10,586 nucleotides of DNA, from the IMG/VR virus record IMGVR_UViG_2693429700_000023; one strand, given 5' to 3'. The notes under the pieces were generated by a model. It was not told the origin of the DNA and did not search any database. It saw only the letters and a program-made list of their open reading frames with translations. This document shows positions 1 to 6,734 of this stretch, one piece after another. The position numbers and the translations under genes were made by a program. How positions within the stretch are numbered: the first letter of the stretch is position 1; the number at the start of each line of letters is the position of its first letter. Source of the DNA: a virus (lineage: Duplodnaviria > Heunggongvirae > Uroviricota > Caudoviricetes).

Positions 1-87
1 CTGTGAGTCATATTCATCCTGACTTTCCAGAACCATACGAATCGCCCGCTGACGGACTTCGGGGGAAAAACGAGTATTTTTAGTCAT
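1..87 (-). CDS. IS3-family transposase OrfA (HTH subunit), N-terminal 29 codons, partial at window edge
   Basis: Reverse-complement translation from 87 gives MTKNTRFSPEVRQRAIRMVLESQDEYDSQ, which I recognise as the N-terminus of IS3-family OrfA proteins. Too short to appear in the ORF track. Confidence 0.6.
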   Translation of the reverse strand, partial: MTKNTRFSPEVRQRAIRMVLESQDEYDSQ

Positions 88-141
88 CCTGTTTACCTCT
101 TTCTCAGGGAGTTTAGTCTCCAGGATTTCCGGGGCGGTTCA
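1..141 (-). mobile_element. IS3-family insertion sequence, one end only (element continues beyond window start)
   Basis: Read on the minus strand from 141, the sequence begins 5'-TGAACCGCCCCGG, a TG-initiated terminal inverted repeat typical of IS3-family elements. It is followed by an SD (AAAGAGG) and an ATG at 87..85 opening a transposase OrfA-like ORF. The exact IS name cannot be assigned without ISfinder. Confidence 0.6.
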
Positions 142-887
142 TTCTGCATTGCTGCTGTTGGTGCATATGCTGACGTTAACGCATTTGCTCGGCTAATATC
201 CTGCCCTCTCGCCTGAAGTGCTTCGCCAGCCTGATTGCTGCGGATTGTCTCTGCCAACTCGCCGCGCTCAATATCCCGACCTTCCATTTGATCTTTGATA
301 TCGAAATACTTCTCATGACCGAGAGAAAACAGCGCCAGATTACCTGCGAAATGCTGGAAGCCCTGCGGGTCATTAACCTGCATTTCAGCAATAGTTTCTG
401 GAGGGATACCTAAACGACGCATCTCCTGCTCATTATCCATCATGAACCTGCCAAATGCGCCCGGACCAAGCGATGAGGCTACCTGTGCTTTGAGCGCCAG
501 ATTGCCATAATCATCCCTTTGAGCATCATCGACATAACTCATCCCTTTACGGACTTCCTCAAACTCTTCTGGGAATGCTGTAATAAGATTACGCATCTGC
601 TCCCTGTCGCCGGACGCATAAGCATCTGCATAACCTTTCTGGAATGCCGCTTTACGCTCCTGCTGTTGCTGCTGCTTATAAATATCAGCAACTCCAGCCA
701 GACCACGTAACGCGGTCAGACCAACGTTATTTGCACCTGAGCGAGCCAGTTCATTGTTTTCGCGGATCAGACCAAGCGTTGCGTTAATGTCGCTTGCCTT
801 TGGCGCATTCTCATTTTGCGTACCGATGCCAGCCAGAAAACCACCAGAATTAATACCCTGTTGCCACGTAGCCATTGATTTACCCAC
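93..887 (-). CDS. Hypothetical protein (~260 aa), 3' end disrupted by the IS insertion
   Basis: Long minus-strand ORF from the track. The track start at 887 is a GTG; the first ATG is at 875 (MATWQQGINSGG...). The last 16 codons (EPPRKSWRLNSLRKR) are encoded by the IS terminal repeat (93..141), so the native C-terminus is lost or replaced. Contains a QQQQQ run from a CTG/CAG tract near 661..676. No family recognised. Confidence 0.5.
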   Translation of the reverse strand: MGKSMATWQQGINSGGFLAGIGTQNENAPKASDINATLGLIRENNELARSGANNVGLTALRGLAGVADIYKQQQQQERKAAFQKGYADAYASGDREQMRNLITAFPEEFEEVRKGMSYVDDAQRDDYGNLALKAQVASSLGPGAFGRFMMDNEQEMRRLGIPPETIAEMQVNDPQGFQHFAGNLALFSLGHEKYFDIKDQMEGRDIERGELAETIRSNQAGEALQARGQDISRANALTSAYAPTAAMQNEPPRKSWRLNSLRKR

Positions 888-1053
888 GTCCAGTTAAAGT
901 GTAAGCCAGCGCCTTATCCATTAATCCCCGAGCAATTTCGTGGATCGTTGGCGCAACTCCTACCTCTGATTTTTTACGCTGCTCCTCCTGAATTTTCTTT
1001 ATCGCTTCCATTTGCTTCTCACTTATCAATACTGGCTTTACTGAAATAGCCAT
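880..1053 (-). CDS. Small hypothetical protein (57 aa), possibly a ribbon-helix-helix-type DNA-binding protein
   Basis: Found by hand translation (below the track length cutoff): MAISVKPVLISEKQMEAIKKIQEEQRKKSEVGVAPTIHEIARGLMDKALAYTLTGRG. ATG at 1053..1051 is preceded by SD AAGGGGG (1064..1058). The stop TAA (882..880) lies 4 nt before the ATG at 875 of the next gene. The strand-then-two-helices pattern suggests RHH, but this is inference. Confidence 0.45.
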   Translation of the reverse strand: MAISVKPVLISEKQMEAIKKIQEEQRKKSEVGVAPTIHEIARGLMDKALAYTLTGRG

Positions 1054-1066
1054 AACGCCCCCTTAG

Positions 1067-1092
1067 AACTGTATAAAACAACAGTTATTATA
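1067..1092 (-). promoter_or_regulatory. Candidate promoter -10 plus operator-like inverted repeat upstream of the 57-aa gene
   Basis: A perfect TATAAT on the minus strand (plus 1087..1092) sits about 35 nt upstream of the ATG at 1053. Immediately downstream is the inverted repeat AACTGT-N8-ACAGTT (1067..1086), between the -10 and the SD. No convincing -35 was found. Confidence 0.3.
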
Positions 1093-1145
1093 GTTTCACA
1101 AATCGCAATATTCATCATCGTAATTGCAAAATATGAAACAAATAG

Positions 1146-1181
1146 CACAAAAAAATGCCACCGCTCAGTAGCTGGTGGCAT
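1146..1181 (-). terminator. Intrinsic (rho-independent) terminator, minus strand
   Basis: The minus strand reads ATGCCACC-AGCTACTGAGC-GGTGGCAT followed by TTTTTTTGTG: an 8-bp GC-rich stem, 11-nt loop and 7-T tract. It lies downstream of the primase/ori region and upstream of the 57-aa gene promoter. Confidence 0.5.
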
Positions 1182-1375
1182 CGTTCTGTATGTCAGGTTT
1201 TGACAGGTTTTTTATGGACTCTAAAAACTATATTTATGGTGTCGCATTACTCTTCACGGCAGGCGCTTTCCAGTTCTGCCCTTGCTTCTGGCTCCATTGG
1301 TAATTTGATTCGCGATCAGCTATGCGGATGGTTTGCTGAACAGGCATAACAACTTCTCAAAGGCTGTTTTTTGAA

Positions 1376-1451
1376 CTACGAAAATTTCGTAGTGCTCACT
1401 TTCAAAAACGTCACGCCCTTGTACACAGGATTTTACGAAAGTCTCGTAAAA
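1376..1451. repeat. Two short perfect palindromes sharing a TACGA/TCGTA core
   Basis: CTACGAAA-A-TTTCGTAG at 1376..1392 and TTTTACGA-AAGTC-TCGTAAAA at 1431..1451. Both are just upstream of the iteron array; possible protein-binding sites. Confidence 0.5.
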
Positions 1452-1500
1452 CACTCTCTGATGCCAGCCAGGTGTTGTGCGCATCAATTCAGTCACATTG

Positions 1501-1613
1501 TGTTGGTTCAAAATACCGTGTTGTTGGTTCAGTGTTGGTTCAATAAAAAGAATAAAATCCTTATAAAACAATACTCTTTACAAATTGAACCAACTGAACC
1601 AACTGAACCAACA
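1501..1613. repeat. Iteron array (candidate origin of replication): 3 direct and 3 inverted copies of TGTTGGTTCA flanking an AT-rich spacer
   Basis: TGTTGGTTCA occurs at 1501..1510, 1522..1531 and 1533..1542. A ~43-bp AT-rich stretch follows (1543..1585), then three tandem TGAACCAAC units (the reverse complement) at 1586..1612. The array lies immediately downstream of the primase-helicase stop (1638). Confidence 0.6.
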
Positions 1614-1637
1614 CCTTTTCTACGCACATGAAGAAGC

Positions 1638-4394
1638 TCATTCTTCAGATGAGTTGTAATCTCCTGGCTGGTAATTGAGTACATAAACGTTTATTTGTCG
1701 TCCCTGAATACGTGGTGATTTTCTTTGGTATCCACGACCGCTGTTTGGTGGGGTTAGCATCCCGGCTTTTTTCAACACTTCAGCAAACTGTTTTGCGTTG
1801 AAACCACATGCGATCTCCTTTTCAAATGTGGCCGGGAATGTGTAGAAAATCATTGGGCTTTCGTCATGTTCTCCACGCTGACGGTATCCGGCTAAATCTT
1901 TGATTGGCAAATCTGCCGGGCTGTATGGAAATGGTGCAAAACGGCTAAGCCCATAGGCATTAAGAAATGCCTCCGTTTGTTCAATAATCTGCTGATGTTC
2001 TTTGTTACCTGTGCCGAACTCGCGCAACCATGCGTTATAGCTGTGCTGTATCGCATCACGGCATGTCTGAGCATCCCAGCCTGTTACAACCTCGCCTAAC
2101 AGCAATGCGGCCTCCAGAATGGCAAATCGCGCGGCTACACGGTGAACCTGCTCACCATAATCGGATGGAATCAGGCTTCTCCATCTGCTTTCGCAGTCAC
2201 GAACAGTTTTAATAGCCTGTTGCTGGTGGTCTGCCAGCCATTTAATCCACTCACGCCCGGCTGCGCCGTGGTGATGCTGGTAAGCGTCTTTCAGTGCGTC
2301 TGCGTGCTGTTTTCCGTTCTGGTAATCGTGAAAGCGTACTGCTTTACTCAACGGAATATTCAGCAGTCGCACCAGTTGCCCGGCTTTGGTTTTTCGCCCG
2401 GAAGTAGCGATAAATGTTTCTAAATCCATTTCTCCAGTGCTGATTGCCACTGTACGCCAGCGTTTTAGATCCCGGTTTCCACCATCTTTAGCGCCTTGCA
2501 GTTTCCCTACACCGTTAAATAACGCATAGGCAGACTGTGAAACACTGACAGGATCAGCGCCCTGACCAACTTCATCAAGCGGCATTAGTCCGTCATTGTG
2601 GGCGGCGGCTTCATTTGCCAGCCCCAGCGCGGTTCCGTACCACGTCAGCCGCAGTAAATCAGGGTTGCCGTATAAGCTGCTCGCCACGTTTGCCGTGGTG
2701 GTCTTACCTGCGCTCGACTGCTCATAGAAATGAATGCCGAACCCGTCAGCGCCCACCAGCCCAATCAATGGCGCTGCCAGTGCTGCGCCGATCCCGATCA
2801 TCATTGAATAGTTACCAAAGGCCAGACGCGCCACGTTATCACGCCAGCTTTTCGCGCTCCCTGAGACGGTATATCCGGCTGCGGCTGAGCTTCTCCCGCT
2901 GAACAGCACAGGATTTTCAGGTGTTCCGATGATTTCCCCATCAGGCATGATGTACGCTCCGCATTGCCAGCCAGTGGCATGAGCAACACGCCACAATTCA
3001 CGAGAGCCACTGCGTTGTAGCCAGTCTGCCAGTATTGCTCTGAGGCTGCTTTTGGTCGTGACATTTACCCCACCAGCTTTAAGTGTGCGCCATCCTTCAC
3101 GTTCACCAATATCAGCCAGTGGAATGGCAGCGGTTGTCGGCGTTTCAGAACCAAACGACAGCCAGCGAAGAATGAGATACTGGTCTTTATCGTCTCTGCC
3201 AGTACCGATAACGCTTAACGGAGAACATAACCAGCTTTCGTTATTGATGATTTCTCCACTCTGGCTGTCAGCTCTCGGAGATACCCAATAAATACCATCC
3301 TCGCGGCTTTCTATTCTTGGTTTCAGTGGGTCGGTATCCATAACCTTAAAATCGCTTCCCTCAATGGTCTGTGGCTGCTGTTTCACGCCATTACCCTGTG
3401 GTTGGTACATTGACTTATTGAACGCTTCTGTGGCGCATTTAATGCCGTGTTTTTGGTGGTAATCATTCCAGTCTGCTTTGTGATCTGTCGGGGGTAATGC
3501 CACCCATCCAGAAACAGATAAAGCTGCTTTTTCTGCTGCTATTCTCCCCGTGTTTTGTCTTCCTTCGCTGTGGTCGTTATCCGCAGCAATGATGATTTGT
3601 GCTGAAGGAAATTTATCCCGCAGTACCTGGGCGACATATAACAGGTTCCCGGCATCAATCGCCGCCACTGTCAGCGATTCTGGACGAATTAAATGGGCAG
3701 ATAATGCCGTTGCCAGCCCTTCTGCGATTAAGATGCTCTGTGTTGTTTCTGGTGCGTTTATGGCGTGATATGCCCCTCGCTTTGCTGAACCTGTCAGGAG
3801 TCTTTTTTCACCATGTGAGGTAATAGTCTGTGCTGCTGTGACTGCGCCGGATTTATCCACCAGCGCCAGCAACAGAGATCCATCGGGCAACACTGGGAAT
3901 GTAAAATCACCTACCCCTTTCGCAACCAGATAATCAGATTTGCCGTTTACAGCCTTTCTGCGCATGTCATCAAACTGACGGGAAAACGTATCCCGTCTTT
4001 GTTGTTCGTCCTTCTCTGCCCTTTTCAGGCGCTCCTGTTCGCGTCGCTGGCGCTCGGTTTCCAGTTGTTCCCGTTTCTGGCTGGTGGCTTCTGGTGTTTC
4101 CGTTGTCCGGTAATCAATACCCAGAACATCAGCGGCAAGAAGCGCCGCCTCTGTTGTGTCGCAGTTATTTACGCGTTTAATTAAATCCAGCCCATCACCA
4201 GCGCCGCACTGATTACAGATGAAGCTACCGCGCCCGTTGTCGTCGAACCGGAATCGATCTTTGCCCCCACATGCAGGGCAGGGAGCATGACGGCGAGGAG
4301 AGTCAGGGACATTTATGTTCAGACAGCCCAGCACATGAGGCCAGTTGTTTTCAGACGCACTGATAACCTGACGGATAAGATCAATGTTTCGCAT
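1638..4394 (-). CDS. Primase-helicase-like replication protein (N-terminal Zn-ribbon, TOPRIM, C-terminal P-loop/DUF927-like domain), 918 aa
   Basis: The N-terminus has CPACGG...CNQCG (CxxC-N17-CxxC zinc ribbon), then a charged ER-rich linker. The TOPRIM signatures are present: a conserved Glu (IAEGLATA) and DxD (IIIAADNDHSEGR). Further on is a deviant P-loop (SSAGKTT). SD GGGGG lies 5 nt upstream of the ATG at 4394. The family call is from motif recognition, not a search. Confidence 0.88.
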   Translation of the reverse strand: MRNIDLIRQVISASENNWPHVLGCLNINVPDSPRRHAPCPACGGKDRFRFDDNGRGSFICNQCGAGDGLDLIKRVNNCDTTEAALLAADVLGIDYRTTETPEATSQKREQLETERQRREQERLKRAEKDEQQRRDTFSRQFDDMRRKAVNGKSDYLVAKGVGDFTFPVLPDGSLLLALVDKSGAVTAAQTITSHGEKRLLTGSAKRGAYHAINAPETTQSILIAEGLATALSAHLIRPESLTVAAIDAGNLLYVAQVLRDKFPSAQIIIAADNDHSEGRQNTGRIAAEKAALSVSGWVALPPTDHKADWNDYHQKHGIKCATEAFNKSMYQPQGNGVKQQPQTIEGSDFKVMDTDPLKPRIESREDGIYWVSPRADSQSGEIINNESWLCSPLSVIGTGRDDKDQYLILRWLSFGSETPTTAAIPLADIGEREGWRTLKAGGVNVTTKSSLRAILADWLQRSGSRELWRVAHATGWQCGAYIMPDGEIIGTPENPVLFSGRSSAAAGYTVSGSAKSWRDNVARLAFGNYSMMIGIGAALAAPLIGLVGADGFGIHFYEQSSAGKTTTANVASSLYGNPDLLRLTWYGTALGLANEAAAHNDGLMPLDEVGQGADPVSVSQSAYALFNGVGKLQGAKDGGNRDLKRWRTVAISTGEMDLETFIATSGRKTKAGQLVRLLNIPLSKAVRFHDYQNGKQHADALKDAYQHHHGAAGREWIKWLADHQQQAIKTVRDCESRWRSLIPSDYGEQVHRVAARFAILEAALLLGEVVTGWDAQTCRDAIQHSYNAWLREFGTGNKEHQQIIEQTEAFLNAYGLSRFAPFPYSPADLPIKDLAGYRQRGEHDESPMIFYTFPATFEKEIACGFNAKQFAEVLKKAGMLTPPNSGRGYQRKSPRIQGRQINVYVLNYQPGDYNSSEE

Positions 4395-4406
4395 TCTGGC
4401 CCCCGT

Positions 4407-5009
4407 TTAGTGCGTCACTGGTGCTTCTGGGATGCCGTTTTCGTTTAGTTCGGCAATAAAGCTGTTGTGAAGATCGGCAAGCACTTCTCGCCCAAACGAA
4501 GTGAGTGTTCCCTGTTCGACATCGAACATGTTGCTGTAAAAAATGATGGCATTCTTTGTTCCGACATCAACACCATATTTCTCGATCATTGCGCCCTCAA
4601 TGTTGTTTGCCATAGCGAGGCGCTCTGCTACTGGATACAGCGGCATGGCGACGATGCCATTGGAATAAACAGAAACCACGGAATGATTGCCACTGTCATC
4701 AATAATGCTGACGGTGCCGTTTTCCTTTCTCATTTCATTGATGAATGCTGTTGCTATCAGCCAGCGCCACATAATCACGTGATGCTGTGATGTGTAATCG
4801 AAATATCCCTGGTTGCCGCCACTGGCAATAGCGAGATGTATAAACATGCCTTCATCTGGTTTATCGTCATAATCCCCGGCATCCAGACGATTTACGGCAT
4901 CAATATATGAGACGGTCTCAACGCGTTCTGTCATGCCATCGTTGCTGCGGTGCATGATGTTTACGCCGTCAGGCGTTGCTTCTGCATGGAAGGTTAAGAA
5001 ATTATTCAT
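4407..5009 (-). CDS. Hypothetical acidic protein (200 aa)
   Basis: The track ORF is 4407..5114, but I prefer the internal ATG at 5009 (MNNFLTFHAE...). It has SD GAGG 6 nt upstream and makes an ATGAATAA overlap with the stop of the upstream gene, whereas the longer N-terminal extension is Cys/Trp-rich and overlaps the neighbour. About 29 D/E versus 11 K/R. No family recognised. Confidence 0.6.
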   Translation of the reverse strand: MNNFLTFHAEATPDGVNIMHRSNDGMTERVETVSYIDAVNRLDAGDYDDKPDEGMFIHLAIASGGNQGYFDYTSQHHVIMWRWLIATAFINEMRKENGTVSIIDDSGNHSVVSVYSNGIVAMPLYPVAERLAMANNIEGAMIEKYGVDVGTKNAIIFYSNMFDVEQGTLTSFGREVLADLHNSFIAELNENGIPEAPVTH

Positions 5010-5223
5010 GTTTCGCCTCGCCTGAATGATTCTGTAACTCATATTTGCCCAACAATTCGTCCGCTTCCTGAATAGCTTCTGGTACGCCATTGAGCAGTGA
5101 CATAACCGCGCCAATCATTAACTTGTCTCTGTTGCTGGGGCTGGCCCCTTCAAGCCAGAACCCTAAAACAGTCTGAACCTGTTCGATGCGACATTGCGCT
5201 TCAATGAGCTGGATGTTGGTCAT
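5002..5223 (-). CDS. Hypothetical small protein (73 aa)
   Basis: Track ORF with SD GGAGAG 7 nt upstream of the ATG at 5223. Its start overlaps the upstream stop (ATGA) and its stop overlaps the downstream start (ATGAATAA). Net acidic. Confidence 0.5.
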   Translation of the reverse strand: MTNIQLIEAQCRIEQVQTVLGFWLEGASPSNRDKLMIGAVMSLLNGVPEAIQEADELLGKYELQNHSGEAKHE

Positions 5224-5483
5224 TTCGCACTCTCCACATCGATTAAACCGATATCTATCAGGGAGGTAACTTTTTGTAGCCAGCTATTGATTACTGTCGC
5301 CTGTTCCCCTCCCACCGAGGGAACAATCTCATTCATCACATGAACCAGACCTGTGCGCGCTCTGGTAAGCCGTTCAGTCGCGCAATCTGCGGGAGTGAAT
5401 GTGTCTGGATATGGCTCTTCACGCCCCAGCAATGATTCAATTTCCAGCTCACACGGATGACGATAAATTAAGTTGATATTCAT
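5220..5483 (-). CDS. Hypothetical small protein (87 aa)
   Basis: Track ORF with SD GGGGGTG upstream of the ATG at 5483 and ATGA overlaps at both ends. Net acidic. Confidence 0.5.
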   Translation of the reverse strand: MNINLIYRHPCELEIESLLGREEPYPDTFTPADCATERLTRARTGLVHVMNEIVPSVGGEQATVINSWLQKVTSLIDIGLIDVESAK

Positions 5484-5674
5484 TTTTCACCCCCAAGAAT
5501 TACCAGCTCGGCACGGGCATCGTTAACCAAAGATGAGCACGCTTTAATCGCATCCACGACATCAGCAGCGTCCATTTCTTCAGCCGAAAGACTGACAGCA
5601 ACCAGGACAGCCGCTGCTTGCTCGATTAATTGAAGTGCGGACGTAAGGCGAGGGGTATTAATTGAGTTATTCAT
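5480..5674 (-). CDS. Hypothetical small protein (64 aa)
   Basis: The track ORF is 5480..5731; I prefer the internal ATG at 5674 ([10 protein letters not shown]...), which has SD GGGGG upstream and overlaps the upstream stop as ATGAATAA. Predicted helical and acidic. Confidence 0.45.
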   Translation of the reverse strand: MNNSINTPRLTSALQLIEQAAAVLVAVSLSAEEMDAADVVDAIKACSSLVNDARAELVILGGEK

Positions 5675-5885
5675 TGGTTGCCCCCGTTTTTCCTGGCATT
5701 TCGCCACCTTCCAGCAGGAAATGAACGTCACGAACGGCGAGATCCAATATCGCGAGTAACGCCTTCAGCCTTTCGTCTCGTGAGGGAGAGTTGCTCACCA
5801 GAATGTCGTTAATCACTTCTGTCAGTGTGATGATCTGGCTTGTGCGTTCGAGGGGATCCATATGCACATCGTAGGTTTTAATCAT
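5667..5885 (-). CDS. Hypothetical small protein (72 aa), modelled as a separate gene in the 3' part of the 355-codon ORF
   Basis: The internal ATG at 5885..5883 ([15 protein letters not shown]...) is preceded by a strong SD GGAGGTGG and overlaps the stop of the frame-B gene as ATGATTAA. Codon usage from here to the stop at 5667 looks coding. This is an alternative model to the full 355-aa ORF. Confidence 0.45.
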   Translation of the reverse strand: MIKTYDVHMDPLERTSQIITLTEVINDILVSNSPSRDERLKALLAILDLAVRDVHFLLEGGEMPGKTGATNE

Positions 5886-6734
5886 GTGCCACCTCCATGC
5901 GGATACGACCAGCAAAAAAGCAGACGTGATCGCGCACCAGAGAACGGCGAGCATCGCGTTCAGACTCGGCAGCAATATGATGAATTTTGGCGGTAATTGT
6001 CGGGCAATCGCGGCGAACTGCGGCGATAATCCAGATAAATTGCGGTTTTTGGGTAGGGGTAGTAGCCAGCATGTGGCAGCCTCCATTCGATAGCATGTAA
6101 CGCTACCACCGGAAACGCCAATTTCGCTGGTGGTAGCCCAGACAGGGTTGGCGTAACCGGCTCGAATGGATACCGGCGCTTCCGAAGAAGCCCCTGCCTG
6201 AGCCACCATTGATTGACAAAGGCGCTGGATTATACACCAACGCCCAAAAAATGGGTGAGTCAGACCTACGACATAAAAAAAGACGCTCGGCGCGTCATAT
6301 GTCGCCATTCGATTTACCAGGACGCCAATCCCGGCACCCGTTTTATGAGGTGCCTTATAACCATAAACCGTGTTGCCGCATAACGGCAAGCTCTTTTTTA
6401 TGGACTCCGAAAACTCGCTATTGGAAGCACCAGATGCACAGTACATCGCGCTCATTTCGTTAACGTCACGCGCGTGGACGAATGTTTTTGTGGAGTCACT
6501 ACACGAGCGGAAGACATCATCTACGACCAGAAATTTTCTGGCGCAGCCGCTGACCTTCTCAATGCTAATATCATCGCCCGAGATTTCTGATATGGTTAAG
6601 GCATCCGTTCCGACCACCAGCAAATGATAAACTTTGCTTGTATCTGCTGTATTAATGCCTGACTTTGCCGTCATATTGCTGGATTTTGGCGACATACCAG
6701 CCAGTGAAAATGTCTTCTTCTGGACGGTTAGCAT
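5667..6734 (-). CDS. Uninterrupted 355-codon ORF; the N-terminal ~220 codons look like a real unknown gene, 3' boundary unresolved
   Basis: ATG at 6734 has SD GGAGG 7 nt upstream and overlaps the upstream stop (ATGCTAA). The N-terminal region is protein-like and contains KFLVVDDVF (6510..6536). The frame stays open to 5667, but between about 6072 and 5886 the coding signal moves to another frame. The true product is therefore either a 355-aa fusion or a shorter protein with an unseen end. Confidence 0.45.
   Translation of the reverse strand: MLTVQKKTFSLAGMSPKSSNMTAKSGINTADTSKVYHLLVVGTDALTISEISGDDISIEKVSGCARKFLVVDDVFRSCSDSTKTFVHARDVNEMSAMYCASGASNSEFSESIKKSLPLCGNTVYGYKAPHKTGAGIGVLVNRMATYDAPSVFFYVVGLTHPFFGRWCIIQRLCQSMVAQAGASSEAPVSIRAGYANPVWATTSEIGVSGGSVTCYRMEAATCWLLPLPKNRNLSGLSPQFAAIARQLPPKFIILLPSLNAMLAVLWCAITSAFLLVVSAWRWHMIKTYDVHMDPLERTSQIITLTEVINDILVSNSPSRDERLKALLAILDLAVRDVHFLLEGGEMPGKTGATNE
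5878..6072 (-). CDS. Hypothetical small protein (64 aa) in a different frame from the 355-codon ORF
   Basis: Track ORF 5878..6096; I prefer the second ATG at 6072 ([16 protein letters not shown]...), which has SD GGAGG 7 nt upstream. This frame uses common codons with G-rich first positions, whereas the overlapping frame of the 355-codon ORF is Leu/Pro/Ser-rich with rare codons (CTA, TTA, CCC, CGA, ATA, AGG). Confidence 0.5.
   Translation of the reverse strand: MLATTPTQKPQFIWIIAAVRRDCPTITAKIHHIAAESERDARRSLVRDHVCFFAGRIRMEVAHD

Noticed and set aside
176-710. ORFs 176..391 (-) and 519..710 (+) inside the IS-truncated gene
   Set aside because: Shadow frames. The poly-Leu in 519..710 is the other-frame reading of the CTG/CAG tract.
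1501-1613. Possible CRISPR array suggested by the short repeats
   Set aside because: The units are only 9-10 bp, occur as three direct plus three inverted copies without unique spacers of regular length, and no cas genes are present. This is an iteron pattern, not CRISPR.
1155-1631. Track ORFs 1155..1349 (+), 1320..1571 (-) and 1371..1631 (+) in the primase/RHH intergenic region
   Set aside because: They run through the terminator hairpin, the palindromes and the iteron array, have no ribosome-binding site and give low-complexity translations. The region is better explained as origin and regulatory DNA.
1629-1647. Hairpin TGAAGAA-GCTCA-TTCTTCA overlapping the primase stop codon as a terminator
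   Set aside because: No T-tract follows on either strand. It may be RNA structure at the stop but is not a convincing intrinsic terminator.
1892-4184. Nine 60-95 aa ORFs on both strands inside the primase-helicase gene (1892..2074, 2030..2212, 2142..2423, 2615..2902, 2801..3064, 3052..3291, 3550..3768, 3599..3823, 3999..4184)
   Set aside because: All lie fully within a 918-codon ORF that has clear domain motifs. They are frame shadows with Arg/Ser/Cys/Leu-rich composition.
4407-5114. The longer 235-aa version of the acidic protein, and plus-strand ORF 4467..4790
   Set aside because: The N-terminal 35-codon extension overlaps the upstream 73-aa gene, is Cys/Trp/Arg-rich and lacks an SD, whereas the ATG at 5009 has one. 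The plus-strand ORF is an antisense shadow.
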